NCBI GenBank assembly: GCA_005223075.1
Contig: NJBO01000003.1
Location: 81,555-145,554, forward strand
Direction of reading: 5' to 3'
DNA from: a candidate division TA06 bacterium B3_TA06
Lineage (GTDB): Bacteria > Hydrothermota > Tepidihabitantia > B3-TA06
Length of the DNA: 64,000 nt
Translations under genes and position numbers: made by a program
The notes under the pieces: model-generated
Seen by the model: only the letters and a program-made list of their open reading frames with translations
Database searches by the model: none
What the model was told of the DNA's origin: nothing
Shown here: piece after piece, positions 1-8,008 of the stretch
Layout: each line of letters starts with the position of its first letter
Position numbering within the stretch: the stretch's first letter is position 1

Positions 1-645
1 GGGGACGAAAGGGTGCTGGACTTCTCACTGGCAAAGGAAAGACAACCCCGGGCTCAGCTTTCAGGGACCGTAAAGGATACCAAAAGCGGCGAGGCGCTCG
101 AAGGGGTGCTCGTATCATTCGGCAGGACCGATATACCCGAGGTTACTACCGACGCCCTGGGGATCTTCAAGGCTGCGGTTCCACAGGGAGACTACCTTGT
201 TACCTTCTCCAGGGAAGGCTACGCACAGGAAAAGCGTTCGGTCTCCTTGAAGGATGGCGAGGTTAGAGAACTAAATGTGAGCCTTTCACCGTCCGAACCT
301 GCCCGGATGCCTGAGTTCGAAAACGTGCTCTTCAATCCGGGCAGTGCGGTCATCATGCCTGAAAGCTACGCGGTGCTGGAAGAGGTGACCCGCTTCCTTG
401 AAACCTACCCTACGGTTCACATCCAGATAGGGGGACATACCGACAGCGTGGGCGAGGAGGAGGTAAACATGCGGCTCTCCCAGCAGCGTGCCGATGCGGT
501 CAAGGGCTGGCTTGTTGCCAGCGGGATAGATGCCTCGCGCCTCATGGCACGCGGATACGGTGAAACAAGGCCTATCGGTGACAACCGCACCCGAAGCGGT
601 CAGAGGGCAAACCGCCGCATAGAGTTCGTTATCCTTTCAGAGTAG
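1..645 (+). CDS. OmpA-family protein with N-terminal carboxypeptidase-regulatory-like domain (5' partial, continues upstream of window)
   Basis: The frame is open to the window start. The C-terminus is OmpA-like (GGHTDSVGEEEVNMRLSQQRADAV...NRRIEFVI). The N-terminal GTVKD...GVLVSF segment resembles a CarbopepD_reg domain. Confidence 0.7.
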   Translation, partial: GDERVLDFSLAKERQPRAQLSGTVKDTKSGEALEGVLVSFGRTDIPEVTTDALGIFKAAVPQGDYLVTFSREGYAQEKRSVSLKDGEVRELNVSLSPSEPARMPEFENVLFNPGSAVIMPESYAVLEEVTRFLETYPTVHIQIGGHTDSVGEEEVNMRLSQQRADAVKGWLVASGIDASRLMARGYGETRPIGDNRTRSGQRANRRIEFVILSE

Positions 646-1476
646 AAGCTCTTCGATCTCTTTAAGCTTCTTTTCAGGAACCCCCCTTTGCCTGGCCACA
701 TCAAGCAGCCTGCGGGAAAGCAAGCGATAGAGCCTCTTTTGGGCAGGCAATTTCTCAAGGCCGTTCAAGTTCTTAATGATAGTGTCCTTATCACCCCGAA
801 CAAGAGGGCCGGAGAGTGCATCCTCCAGGGAACCACTCTCAGCAGCGTTGCAGACTGTTTCTAAAGCAAGACGAGTTATTGAACCCCTTCTCTCCTCCTC
901 GCTCAATCCCAAGGATAAGCCTATGTCATCAGAGTACTTGAGCAATCCCACAACCAGGTTTGATGCAAAAATGCACATCGCGTGGTAGAGGGGTTTTTCT
1001 TTTTGAGAGATGATAAACGTTCTTGCACCTGTTCGTTCGAGCACAGGTCGGAAGAAAGCCATCGCTTGCTTGCTTCCCTCAAGGGCGAAGTAGACATCCT
1101 TGAATACGTCTTTTGCCAACTGAGGGTACGGGAAGGTCTGGGCAGGATGCGCTGAGAGGCGAAGAGGGACTTCAAAGACTTCACTCGTAAGGGCCCCGGA
1201 GAAGTGCACCAAAAGGCTCTTTGGATTGATGAAATCCCTCAACTCTTCATACAGCGATGCTATCCTGTCGTCAGGCACGGCAAAGAGAAGGGCAGTCGCC
1301 TCGCTTGCCAAGGAAGGTGCAGGAAACACCGGACACCTTAAGAGATCGGCACCCCTGCGCGCGGCCACAGGATCGGTATCTGATACCCCAACAAAGGTCT
1401 CGCCAGCGTTATATAAAGCCGCCGCCATGCTGAGCCCGATGTTGCCCGCACCATACAGACCAAACCTGAACTCCAT
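637..1476 (-). CDS. Rossmann-fold NAD(P)-binding protein (DUF2520-like oxidoreductase family)
   Basis: The N-terminus has a GxGxxG motif (LYGAGNIGLSMAAAL). The 279-aa size and layout fit DUF2520 or ketopantoate-reductase-like proteins. Confidence 0.5.
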   Translation of the reverse strand: MEFRFGLYGAGNIGLSMAAALYNAGETFVGVSDTDPVAARRGADLLRCPVFPAPSLASEATALLFAVPDDRIASLYEELRDFINPKSLLVHFSGALTSEVFEVPLRLSAHPAQTFPYPQLAKDVFKDVYFALEGSKQAMAFFRPVLERTGARTFIISQKEKPLYHAMCIFASNLVVGLLKYSDDIGLSLGLSEEERRGSITRLALETVCNAAESGSLEDALSGPLVRGDKDTIIKNLNGLEKLPAQKRLYRLLSRRLLDVARQRGVPEKKLKEIEELLL

Positions 1477-1767
1477 ACTAAGAAGTTACGCGCAAGAGCA
1501 GATATGTCAAGTGCAAAACCGGCAATACCCCCGTCTTTCCCCTACGGTGGTTGCGAACTTTCGCCTTGAAGAAGAGGATGAGATAAGGGGTGAGTAGTTC
1601 TCTTCGGCACGATAGACTTCTATAATGGTGAAGGTCAACATCCAGCGTAGCTACTACGAGAGCTAGCACCTCTGGTGTCCTGGCAAACATCTTTTGGCGT
1701 AGGAACACAGGGTTTTCTTACAGACCGAGTGTGTTGACCCACACTCAAGCATACGCTATAATGGAAG

Positions 1768-2394
1768 ATGCAATCCAACGAACGAGATCTCCAAAGGTTG
1801 ATCCACGCCCTGCGCAGCAAGGGCATAGGAGATGAGAGGATACTCAAAGCGTTCGTGAGCGTACCTCGTCACCTCTTCGTGCCGCCTGGGCTGGAACATA
1901 AAGCCTATACTGACGCAGCCCTTCCCATAGGCGGCTCTCAAACGATCTCCGCCCCATCCACGGTGGCAGCAATGCTTACCGCTCTCCAATTATCTTCTCG
2001 AGACCGCGTGCTTGAGATCGGGACAGGTTCGGGCTTTCAGACGGCGCTCTTGACCAAACTGGTCGCCGAGGTCTACAGCATCGAACGCGACCTTTCTCTA
2101 CTAAAGGAGGTAGGGGAGAGGCTCGTTCGTGCCGGGTGTGGGACAGCACATCTTCGTGCAGGTGACGGGATGCTGGGATGGTCAGAGCATGCCCCTTACG
2201 ACGCAATCATCGTGAGCGCTGGGACCGAGGAGGTGCCGTCTAACCTGGTGGATCAACTCAAGCCGGGCGGCCGGATGGTTATCCCGTTGAAAGGTCGTCT
2301 CAACCTGATAACCAAAACTCGAGGAGGATTGCGCTCACGCGAGCTCTCCGAGTGCCAGTTCGTGCCGCTCCTGCCTGGACACACGGAGAGTTAA
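1768..2394 (+). CDS. pcm: protein-L-isoaspartate O-methyltransferase
   Basis: The 208-aa protein carries a SAM-binding motif (LEIGTGSGFQTALL). Its length and overall motifs match PCMT. Confidence 0.85.
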   Translation: MQSNERDLQRLIHALRSKGIGDERILKAFVSVPRHLFVPPGLEHKAYTDAALPIGGSQTISAPSTVAAMLTALQLSSRDRVLEIGTGSGFQTALLTKLVAEVYSIERDLSLLKEVGERLVRAGCGTAHLRAGDGMLGWSEHAPYDAIIVSAGTEEVPSNLVDQLKPGGRMVIPLKGRLNLITKTRGGLRSRELSECQFVPLLPGHTES

Positions 2395-2777
2395 TCATCC
2401 ACCAGCTTACTGGTGAAAACCACCTCAGAATCACCGGCTTCGCGGCTATGATTCGATCCCCCTACATGGACCGATAGAAGTAAAGTCCTGCCGGAATATC
2501 ATCCGTTGCACAGAGAAGTTTGCGGGTGCCAGGTTGAATAGAGCGGCTGTAAACCTCTCGGCCCGAAGCATCGTAGATTTCAACCTGTTCAGAATAAGTT
2601 CTTCTCCCGCACGTTGCCGAACGGGTCCCGGATGGAGTTTACCCAAAGCTCAGCACTTAAGCCGAGAGCAAGAAGTAGTATCAAAATACTCATCTTACGT
2701 AATATATCTCCTCCTTAATGCAAATAGTTCATCCCCCAGGTGGCTATTGTCAAGGGGTTGGGGTATCCAAACATCGC

Positions 2778-2809
2778 TTGACATTTGAGGCTAAATTATT
2801 AGTATAGTT
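2778..2809 (+). promoter_or_regulatory. candidate sigma-70 promoter upstream of histidine kinase (TTGACA -35; weak TAGTAT/TATAGT -10)
   Basis: TTGACA lies at 2778-2783. A -10-like hexamer follows 16-20 nt downstream. The ATG at 2817 has no clear RBS. Confidence 0.25.
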
Positions 2810-2816
2810 TATACCT

Positions 2817-4739
2817 ATGACAGGCAAAAGCTCAAGGTCGGTTGACACCAAAGCGAGGGCAAGCAAGAGATCTCACGATTTTTCGGCACTCTCGCGGAGG
2901 ATACTGCAGTTCGCCAACCGCGGCGCGCCTAGGATTGAGTTCCAGCGCGAGGTCTCAAGGATGCTCATCCGCTTCTCCGGATGCGATGCGGTTGAGCTGC
3001 GCATCACCGACGGCAAGCTGCACTACCGGTGGGAAGCCAGGATGGAACCCAATGAGCGCTTTCAGTTCGAGAAACTCCCCTATATACAGGATGAGAAGGG
3101 GCTGGCGCTCCCATGCCTGCCGGATGGTTCAAGCCTGGAACAAACCTGTAAGATACTGTTAGGTGGTAACTTTGACAGCTCCTATCCTTACTTCACCAAA
3201 ACCGGCAGCTTCTGGACTGGCAACCTGAAGGAGGTGCTGAGTTCCCAAACGGGCGAGGAAACCCCTCCTGATCTGGCGTCTACCGGTGATTACTCCTCAC
3301 TCGCCATGATCCCTTTTGTAATAGACGATAACAATAACGGGCTGATTCAATTAAAAAGCAGAGAGAAGAACTTCTTTACCGTTGAAGAGATAGAGTTCTA
3401 CGAGGGCGTTGCCCAGACCATAGGGATAGCAATGGCAGGCCGCAGAGCACAGACCAAACTGCGTGAGCGCGTCAAGGAACTCTACTGCCTTTACGGGATA
3501 GCCCGACTGGTTGAGGAGCCGGGCATATCTCTTGAGAAGATCCTTCAGGGCATAGCCGATTTGTTGCCACCAGCCATGCGATACCCGGATATAGCCTCGG
3601 CTAGGATAATACTGGATGATAAGGATTACTGCTGCCCGCCGGAGTGTCACGAGACCCGCTACCGGCTGGCCGCGGATATCGTAGTCGAGGGAGTGAAACG
3701 AGGCGTGGTGGAGGTGTTCTACTCAGAGGAGAAGCCTGAGCTTGAGGTGGAGCTTTTCATCGCAGAGGAGCAGAGCCTTCTGGATGCTGTGGCCGCTCAG
3801 CTCGTGCTTATAATCGAACGCAGGCAGTGGGAAGCCGAACGGACCAAGCTTGAGGAACAGCTTCGTCACGCGGATCGCCTGGCTACTCTGGGCCAGCTTG
3901 CAGCAGGCGTGGCACACGAGCTTAACGAACCCCTGGAAGGTGTGCTTGGGTTTGCACAGCTTGCCCGCAAATCCGATGGTCTACCCAAGCAGGCAGGAAA
4001 AGATATCGAGAAGATCGAAAACGCAGCACTTCACGCCAGGGAGGTGGTAAGGAAGCTTCTCATATTCGCCCGTCAGATGCCCACCCATAAAACACTCCTC
4101 AACCTTAACCAGGTGGTGGAAGAAGGACTCTACTTCCTTGAGAGCCGCTGCGAAAAGGAGGGGATCGAGGTGGTGCGCGATCTTGCCGAGGGGCTGGCTG
4201 AGATCACCGCCGACCCGTCACAGCTGAACCAGGTGCTTATCAATCTGGTCGTAAATGGACTCCAGGCAATGTCTGGCGGAGGAAGGCTCACCATAAGAAC
4301 AAGAGCAACAGAGAAGAAGGTTATTCTGATCGTGGAGGATACGGGTGTGGGTATGGACGAGGAGGTTCAAAGACAGATATTCCTGCCCTTCTTTACCACA
4401 AAGGAGGTCGGGCAAGGAACCGGTCTTGGGTTGGCCGTGGTTCACGGGATCGTCACCTCACACGGGGGGACGATCGAGGTTGAAAGCAAGGAAGGCAAGG
4501 GATCACGCTTCACCGTAAAACTACCCCTTACCCGTACCCCTTCGGGGCATTCTCACAATTACTCGAAGCATACGCTCCGTTCAAAAGGGAATAACACCCG
4601 TAACACCCGTACCCCTTCGGGGCATTCTCACAATTACTCGGAGCATACGCTCCGTTCAAAAGGAAATAACACCCGTAACACCCGTAACACGCCTACGCGT
4701 CCTGAGGGACGCGATGAAACTAACAAGGAGACCGAATGA
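2817..4739 (+). CDS. cytoplasmic sensor histidine kinase (tandem GAF-like domains + HisKA + HATPase_c)
   Basis: H-box (LAAGVAHELNEPL), N/G boxes (NLVVNGLQAM, EDTGVGM, GTGLGLAVVHGI). No transmembrane segments are seen. The C-terminal tail is encoded by repeat DNA. The stop overlaps the start of the downstream response regulator. Confidence 0.85.
   Translation: MTGKSSRSVDTKARASKRSHDFSALSRRILQFANRGAPRIEFQREVSRMLIRFSGCDAVELRITDGKLHYRWEARMEPNERFQFEKLPYIQDEKGLALPCLPDGSSLEQTCKILLGGNFDSSYPYFTKTGSFWTGNLKEVLSSQTGEETPPDLASTGDYSSLAMIPFVIDDNNNGLIQLKSREKNFFTVEEIEFYEGVAQTIGIAMAGRRAQTKLRERVKELYCLYGIARLVEEPGISLEKILQGIADLLPPAMRYPDIASARIILDDKDYCCPPECHETRYRLAADIVVEGVKRGVVEVFYSEEKPELEVELFIAEEQSLLDAVAAQLVLIIERRQWEAERTKLEEQLRHADRLATLGQLAAGVAHELNEPLEGVLGFAQLARKSDGLPKQAGKDIEKIENAALHAREVVRKLLIFARQMPTHKTLLNLNQVVEEGLYFLESRCEKEGIEVVRDLAEGLAEITADPSQLNQVLINLVVNGLQAMSGGGRLTIRTRATEKKVILIVEDTGVGMDEEVQRQIFLPFFTTKEVGQGTGLGLAVVHGIVTSHGGTIEVESKEGKGSRFTVKLPLTRTPSGHSHNYSKHTLRSKGNNTRNTRTPSGHSHNYSEHTLRSKGNNTRNTRNTPTRPEGRDETNKETE
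4531..4700. repeat. two tandem 75-bp in-frame repeats (each with CCCCTTCGGGG hairpin) ending in ACCCGTAAC nonamer repeats; forms C-terminal tail of histidine kinase
   Basis: The period is 75 bp (4531 vs 4606). It encodes TRTPSGHSHNYS[K/E]HTLRSKGNNTRN twice, then NTRNT. Confidence 0.8.
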
Positions 4740-6073
4740 CGTCACCTGAAAGTGAACGCATCCTGATAGTAGATGACGCTGTTGATACCCTGGAGGTCCT
4801 ACAGCGTAATCTGGCATCACAGGGCTATCAGGTCTTTACCGCGCAAAACGTGCCGGAAGCCTTAAGGTTGCTTGAAGACACCCAGGTTGATCTGGTGATA
4901 ACCGATTTAAAGATGCCCGGGGCAAGTGGCCTGGATCTGGTGCGATACGTGCGGGAGAACCTTGCGGACACCGAGGTGATGATGATTACAGGATATGCCA
5001 CCGTAGAGGGTGCTGTTCAGGCGGTAAAGCAAGGGGCCGAGGAGTATCTTTCAAAGCCCTTTACCGACGAGGAGCTTTTCTTGGCGGTAAGAAAGGCGCT
5101 TGACAAACTACGTATGCGCAGGGCCGCGCAGGTATCCGAGGATATCCCGTCGCCTCATGGGATAATCGGCTCCTCAAAGGTCATGCGCGAGGTCTTCGGC
5201 GCCATCCATAAGGCGGCGTCAACCCCGGCTACGGTGCTCATCACAGGGGAAAGCGGCACTGGCAAGGAGCTTGTGGCCAGGGCTATCCACTACTCAAGCC
5301 CACGTGCCTCACCACCCTTCGTGCCTATCAACTGCGGGGCTATACCGCATGAACTCCTGGAATCGGAACTCTTCGGGTATGTTAAGGGTGCGTTTACCGG
5401 CGCGGCAACGACCAGGGCAGGTTTCTTTCAAACCGCAGACGGCGGCACCATCTTCCTTGACGAGATCAGTGAAACAAGTCCGGCCATGCAGGTTAAGCTC
5501 TTGCGGGTGCTGCAGGACAAGGAGATCTTCATGCTCGGCTCACGAAAATCCGAAAAGGTTGATGTGAGGATTATTGCCGCAACCAATAAAGACCTACAGG
5601 CCCTTGTCAAAAAGCAAAACTTCAGGGAGGACCTTTACTACCGCCTCAACGTCATTACCATTGATCTTCCACCGCTGCGGGAGAGGGATGACGACATACT
5701 CCTGATGCTGCGACATTTTACGGAAAAGTTTGCAGAGGAGCTTGGCAAACCCACACCTAGCTTCTCTGACGAAGCGCTTGAGGTTCTAAAGAACTACCAC
5801 TGGCCCGGTAACGTGCGGGAACTCGAGAACGTAACCCAACGGTTGGTGGTGATGGTGGAGGGGGATACGATAGATGTTAAGGATTTGCCGGCACTTATGC
5901 GCTTTTCTCCAAAGGCTCAGGGATTTGAAAGGACCTTGGCCGAGGTGGAGGCAGAACACATACGCAACGTGTTGGCAAGCGTTAACGGCAACAAAACCAA
6001 AGCAGCAGAGATACTCCAAATCGACCGAAAGACCTTGCGCGAAAAACTCAGGAAGATGGAAGAATCCCAGTAA
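4736..6073 (+). CDS. sigma-54-dependent response regulator (NtrC family: REC + AAA+ sigma-54 activator + Fis-type HTH)
   Basis: REC domain (D in VITDLKMPG), Walker A (GESGTGKE), GAFTGA motif present, C-terminal HTH (KTKAAEILQIDRKTLREKL). Confidence 0.9.
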   Translation: MTSPESERILIVDDAVDTLEVLQRNLASQGYQVFTAQNVPEALRLLEDTQVDLVITDLKMPGASGLDLVRYVRENLADTEVMMITGYATVEGAVQAVKQGAEEYLSKPFTDEELFLAVRKALDKLRMRRAAQVSEDIPSPHGIIGSSKVMREVFGAIHKAASTPATVLITGESGTGKELVARAIHYSSPRASPPFVPINCGAIPHELLESELFGYVKGAFTGAATTRAGFFQTADGGTIFLDEISETSPAMQVKLLRVLQDKEIFMLGSRKSEKVDVRIIAATNKDLQALVKKQNFREDLYYRLNVITIDLPPLRERDDDILLMLRHFTEKFAEELGKPTPSFSDEALEVLKNYHWPGNVRELENVTQRLVVMVEGDTIDVKDLPALMRFSPKAQGFERTLAEVEAEHIRNVLASVNGNKTKAAEILQIDRKTLREKLRKMEESQ

Positions 6074-6234
6074 GAAGGTGGGGCGTTTCTCCTCACCGGG
6101 ACACATCTCCCCGCCAATTTTAATCCAGGGGGAGACTGAAGCTGCATCCCAAAGCCCATCCATCCACTTCTAACTATTTAATCTAGCTTGACTTAACTAA
6201 GCCATCCTCATCGTAACTCACATTTAGGCTAGCC

Positions 6235-6250
6235 TGGCACGAATATTGCA
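6235..6250 (+). promoter_or_regulatory. sigma-54 (-24/-12) promoter: TGGCAC-N5-TTGCA
   Basis: An exact match (TGGCACgaataTTGCA) lies ~78 nt upstream of the ATG at 6328, which has AGGAGG as its RBS. It is immediately downstream of the sigma-54 activator gene. Confidence 0.7.
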
Positions 6251-6327
6251 AGCTAGGGGGTGAGTCGCTCACAAGGACGGCTCCTGGAAAAGCTCGTGAA
6301 AAGAAATCACACGCAAAGGAGGATTTC

Positions 6328-6630
6328 ATGCAGACATCAACAGTTCAAGAGACCAAAAAGGCTGTTAAGCCGAAGTATCGGGGGCTTTGCTCTACCTGCA
6401 AGAACGCTGCAACCTGCACCTTTCCTCGTGACCCCGCTCGTCCAATAATGCACTGCGACGAGTTCGACGGCTACGAGGGTCCAAAGACTAGGGTAGTCCC
6501 AAGGGTTGCCAAGCCAGAGGCCGCCGACGAGGTGGAGTTCAAAGGACTGTGCCGCAACTGCGAGAACCGTCATCACTGCGTCTTTCCCAAGCCTGCAGGC
6601 GGTGTTTGGCAGTGCGACGAGTATTGTTAG
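6328..6630 (+). CDS. small Cys-rich protein with internal duplication (2x C-x2-C-x4/5-C...C-D-E-F/Y); putative metal-binding, unknown function
   Basis: A strong RBS precedes the ORF. It has 8 Cys in two similar halves (CSTCKNAATCTFP...HCDEF; CRNCENRHHCVFP...QCDEYC). It is the first ORF after the sigma-54 promoter. Confidence 0.5.
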   Translation: MQTSTVQETKKAVKPKYRGLCSTCKNAATCTFPRDPARPIMHCDEFDGYEGPKTRVVPRVAKPEAADEVEFKGLCRNCENRHHCVFPKPAGGVWQCDEYC

Positions 6631-6671
6631 CAGGCTAAAGAGATGACAACCTAAAACCCAAGATTAGAGAT

Positions 6672-7934
6672 ATGAAAAAGGCGAGCGTTTACGATAACGT
6701 AACCAAGCAGTTTAACAAGGCTGCTGATTTGATGCATCTGGATCCTGAGATCCGCAAGGTACTTGCTAGAACCAACAATGAGGTAATCGTCAACTTTCCG
6801 GTTAAGATGGACGACGGCCACATCGAGATGTTCACCGGTTACCGGGTGCAGCACAACAACGTGCTTGGCCCTTACAAAGGGGGGCTGCGTTTTCACCCGG
6901 CGGTAGACATCGACGAGGTTCGCGCCCTTGCCACCTGGATGACATGGAAGTCGGCCATAGTGAACCTCCCGTTCGGTGGAGCAAAAGGCGGCATCCAGAT
7001 CGATCCATTCAAGTACTCGGCAAGCGAGCTTGAGCACATCACCCGCCGATTCACCTTTGCCCTGGGCTCGAACATAGGGCCTGAGTTCGACATCCCGGCA
7101 CCGGACGTAAACACCAACCCTCAGATAATGGCCTGGATCCTGGATACCTACCTCTCCACCATACCTGCCCACGAGCGTCAGGCGGCAGTCCATGTAGTTA
7201 CCGGCAAGCCTGTCGAGTCGGGTGGGAGCATAGGCCGCAACAAGGCTACTGGCCAGGGTGTGGTCTTTACCATCGAGCAGTGGGCCAAAGATACCAACTT
7301 TGATCTTGAGGGTGCGGCATACTTCGTTCAGGGATTCGGGAACGTGGGTTCCTGGGCGTCCCGTCTCCTCAAACCCCACGGTTCAAAGCTCGTTGCTGTC
7401 GAGGATGTAAGCGGGGCTATTGCCAATCCAAAGGGGATCGATCCCGACGACCTTTATGAGTATACGCAGAAGAATAAGGGATTGATTGGCGGCTACGCAA
7501 AGGCCAAACCTATTGATCACGAAACCTTCCTTGCGACCAAGGCCGACATCTTCATCCCGGCGGCTCTTGAGAACCAGATCACACTAAAGACCGCTCCAAT
7601 GCTTAACGTGAAGCTGGTTGCCGAAGGCGCAAACGGTCCCACCAATCCGGACGGTGATAAGATTCTTAATGAAAAGGGAACCGATCTTCTTCCAGACGTC
7701 CTTTGCAACGCGGGCGGCGTGATCGTAAGCTACTTCGAGTGGCTGCAGAACAAACGCAGCGAGTTCTGGGATCTTGAAGAGGTGGATGGAAAACTGCACC
7801 GCAAGATCGTTGCAGGCTACGAACGCGTTCGCGATACGGCTCGAGAGCACAACATAGACTGGCGAACCGCGGCCTACATCGTCGCTCTCTCACGTCTTGA
7901 AACGGTATACAAGGAACGTGGAATCTTCCCATGA
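6672..7934 (+). CDS. gdhA: glutamate dehydrogenase (Glu/Leu/Phe/Val dehydrogenase family), canonical
   Basis: PYKGGLRFHP and LPFGGAKGGI motifs intact; C-terminal NAD(P)-binding domain (VQGFGNVG). Confidence 0.9.
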   Translation: MKKASVYDNVTKQFNKAADLMHLDPEIRKVLARTNNEVIVNFPVKMDDGHIEMFTGYRVQHNNVLGPYKGGLRFHPAVDIDEVRALATWMTWKSAIVNLPFGGAKGGIQIDPFKYSASELEHITRRFTFALGSNIGPEFDIPAPDVNTNPQIMAWILDTYLSTIPAHERQAAVHVVTGKPVESGGSIGRNKATGQGVVFTIEQWAKDTNFDLEGAAYFVQGFGNVGSWASRLLKPHGSKLVAVEDVSGAIANPKGIDPDDLYEYTQKNKGLIGGYAKAKPIDHETFLATKADIFIPAALENQITLKTAPMLNVKLVAEGANGPTNPDGDKILNEKGTDLLPDVLCNAGGVIVSYFEWLQNKRSEFWDLEEVDGKLHRKIVAGYERVRDTAREHNIDWRTAAYIVALSRLETVYKERGIFP

Positions 7935-7937
7935 GCA

Positions 7938-7994
7938 GCCCCGTAACACCCGTAACACCCGTAACACCCGTAATACACGTAACACACGGTAACA
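7938..7994. repeat. (ACCCGTAAC)n nonamer tandem repeat, intergenic between the two gdh paralogs
   Basis: cccgtaac acccgtaac acccgtaac acccgtaat acacgtaac acacggtaac. Confidence 0.8.
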
Positions 7995-8008
7995 GCAAAC
8001 CGTAAGGA

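Noticed and set aside
2842-3162. 106-aa ORF in an alternate frame inside the histidine-kinase gene
   Set aside because: It is embedded in a confidently called CDS. It is Arg/Ser/Cys-rich with low complexity, typical of off-frame GC-rich sequence.
6651-7379. 242-aa ORF antisense to the first gdh gene, and similar antisense ORFs at 8405-8863, 35896-36471, 38026-38502 and 47573-48298
   Set aside because: They lie fully inside well-supported conserved genes on the opposite strand. The GC-rich sequence gives long spurious open frames, and none has a recognisable motif.
7666-7998. 110-aa ORF containing VTGVTGVTGVTG
   Set aside because: The repeat is just the reverse-complement reading of the ACCCGTAAC nonamer array, and the rest overlaps gdh antisense. 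It is not a gene.
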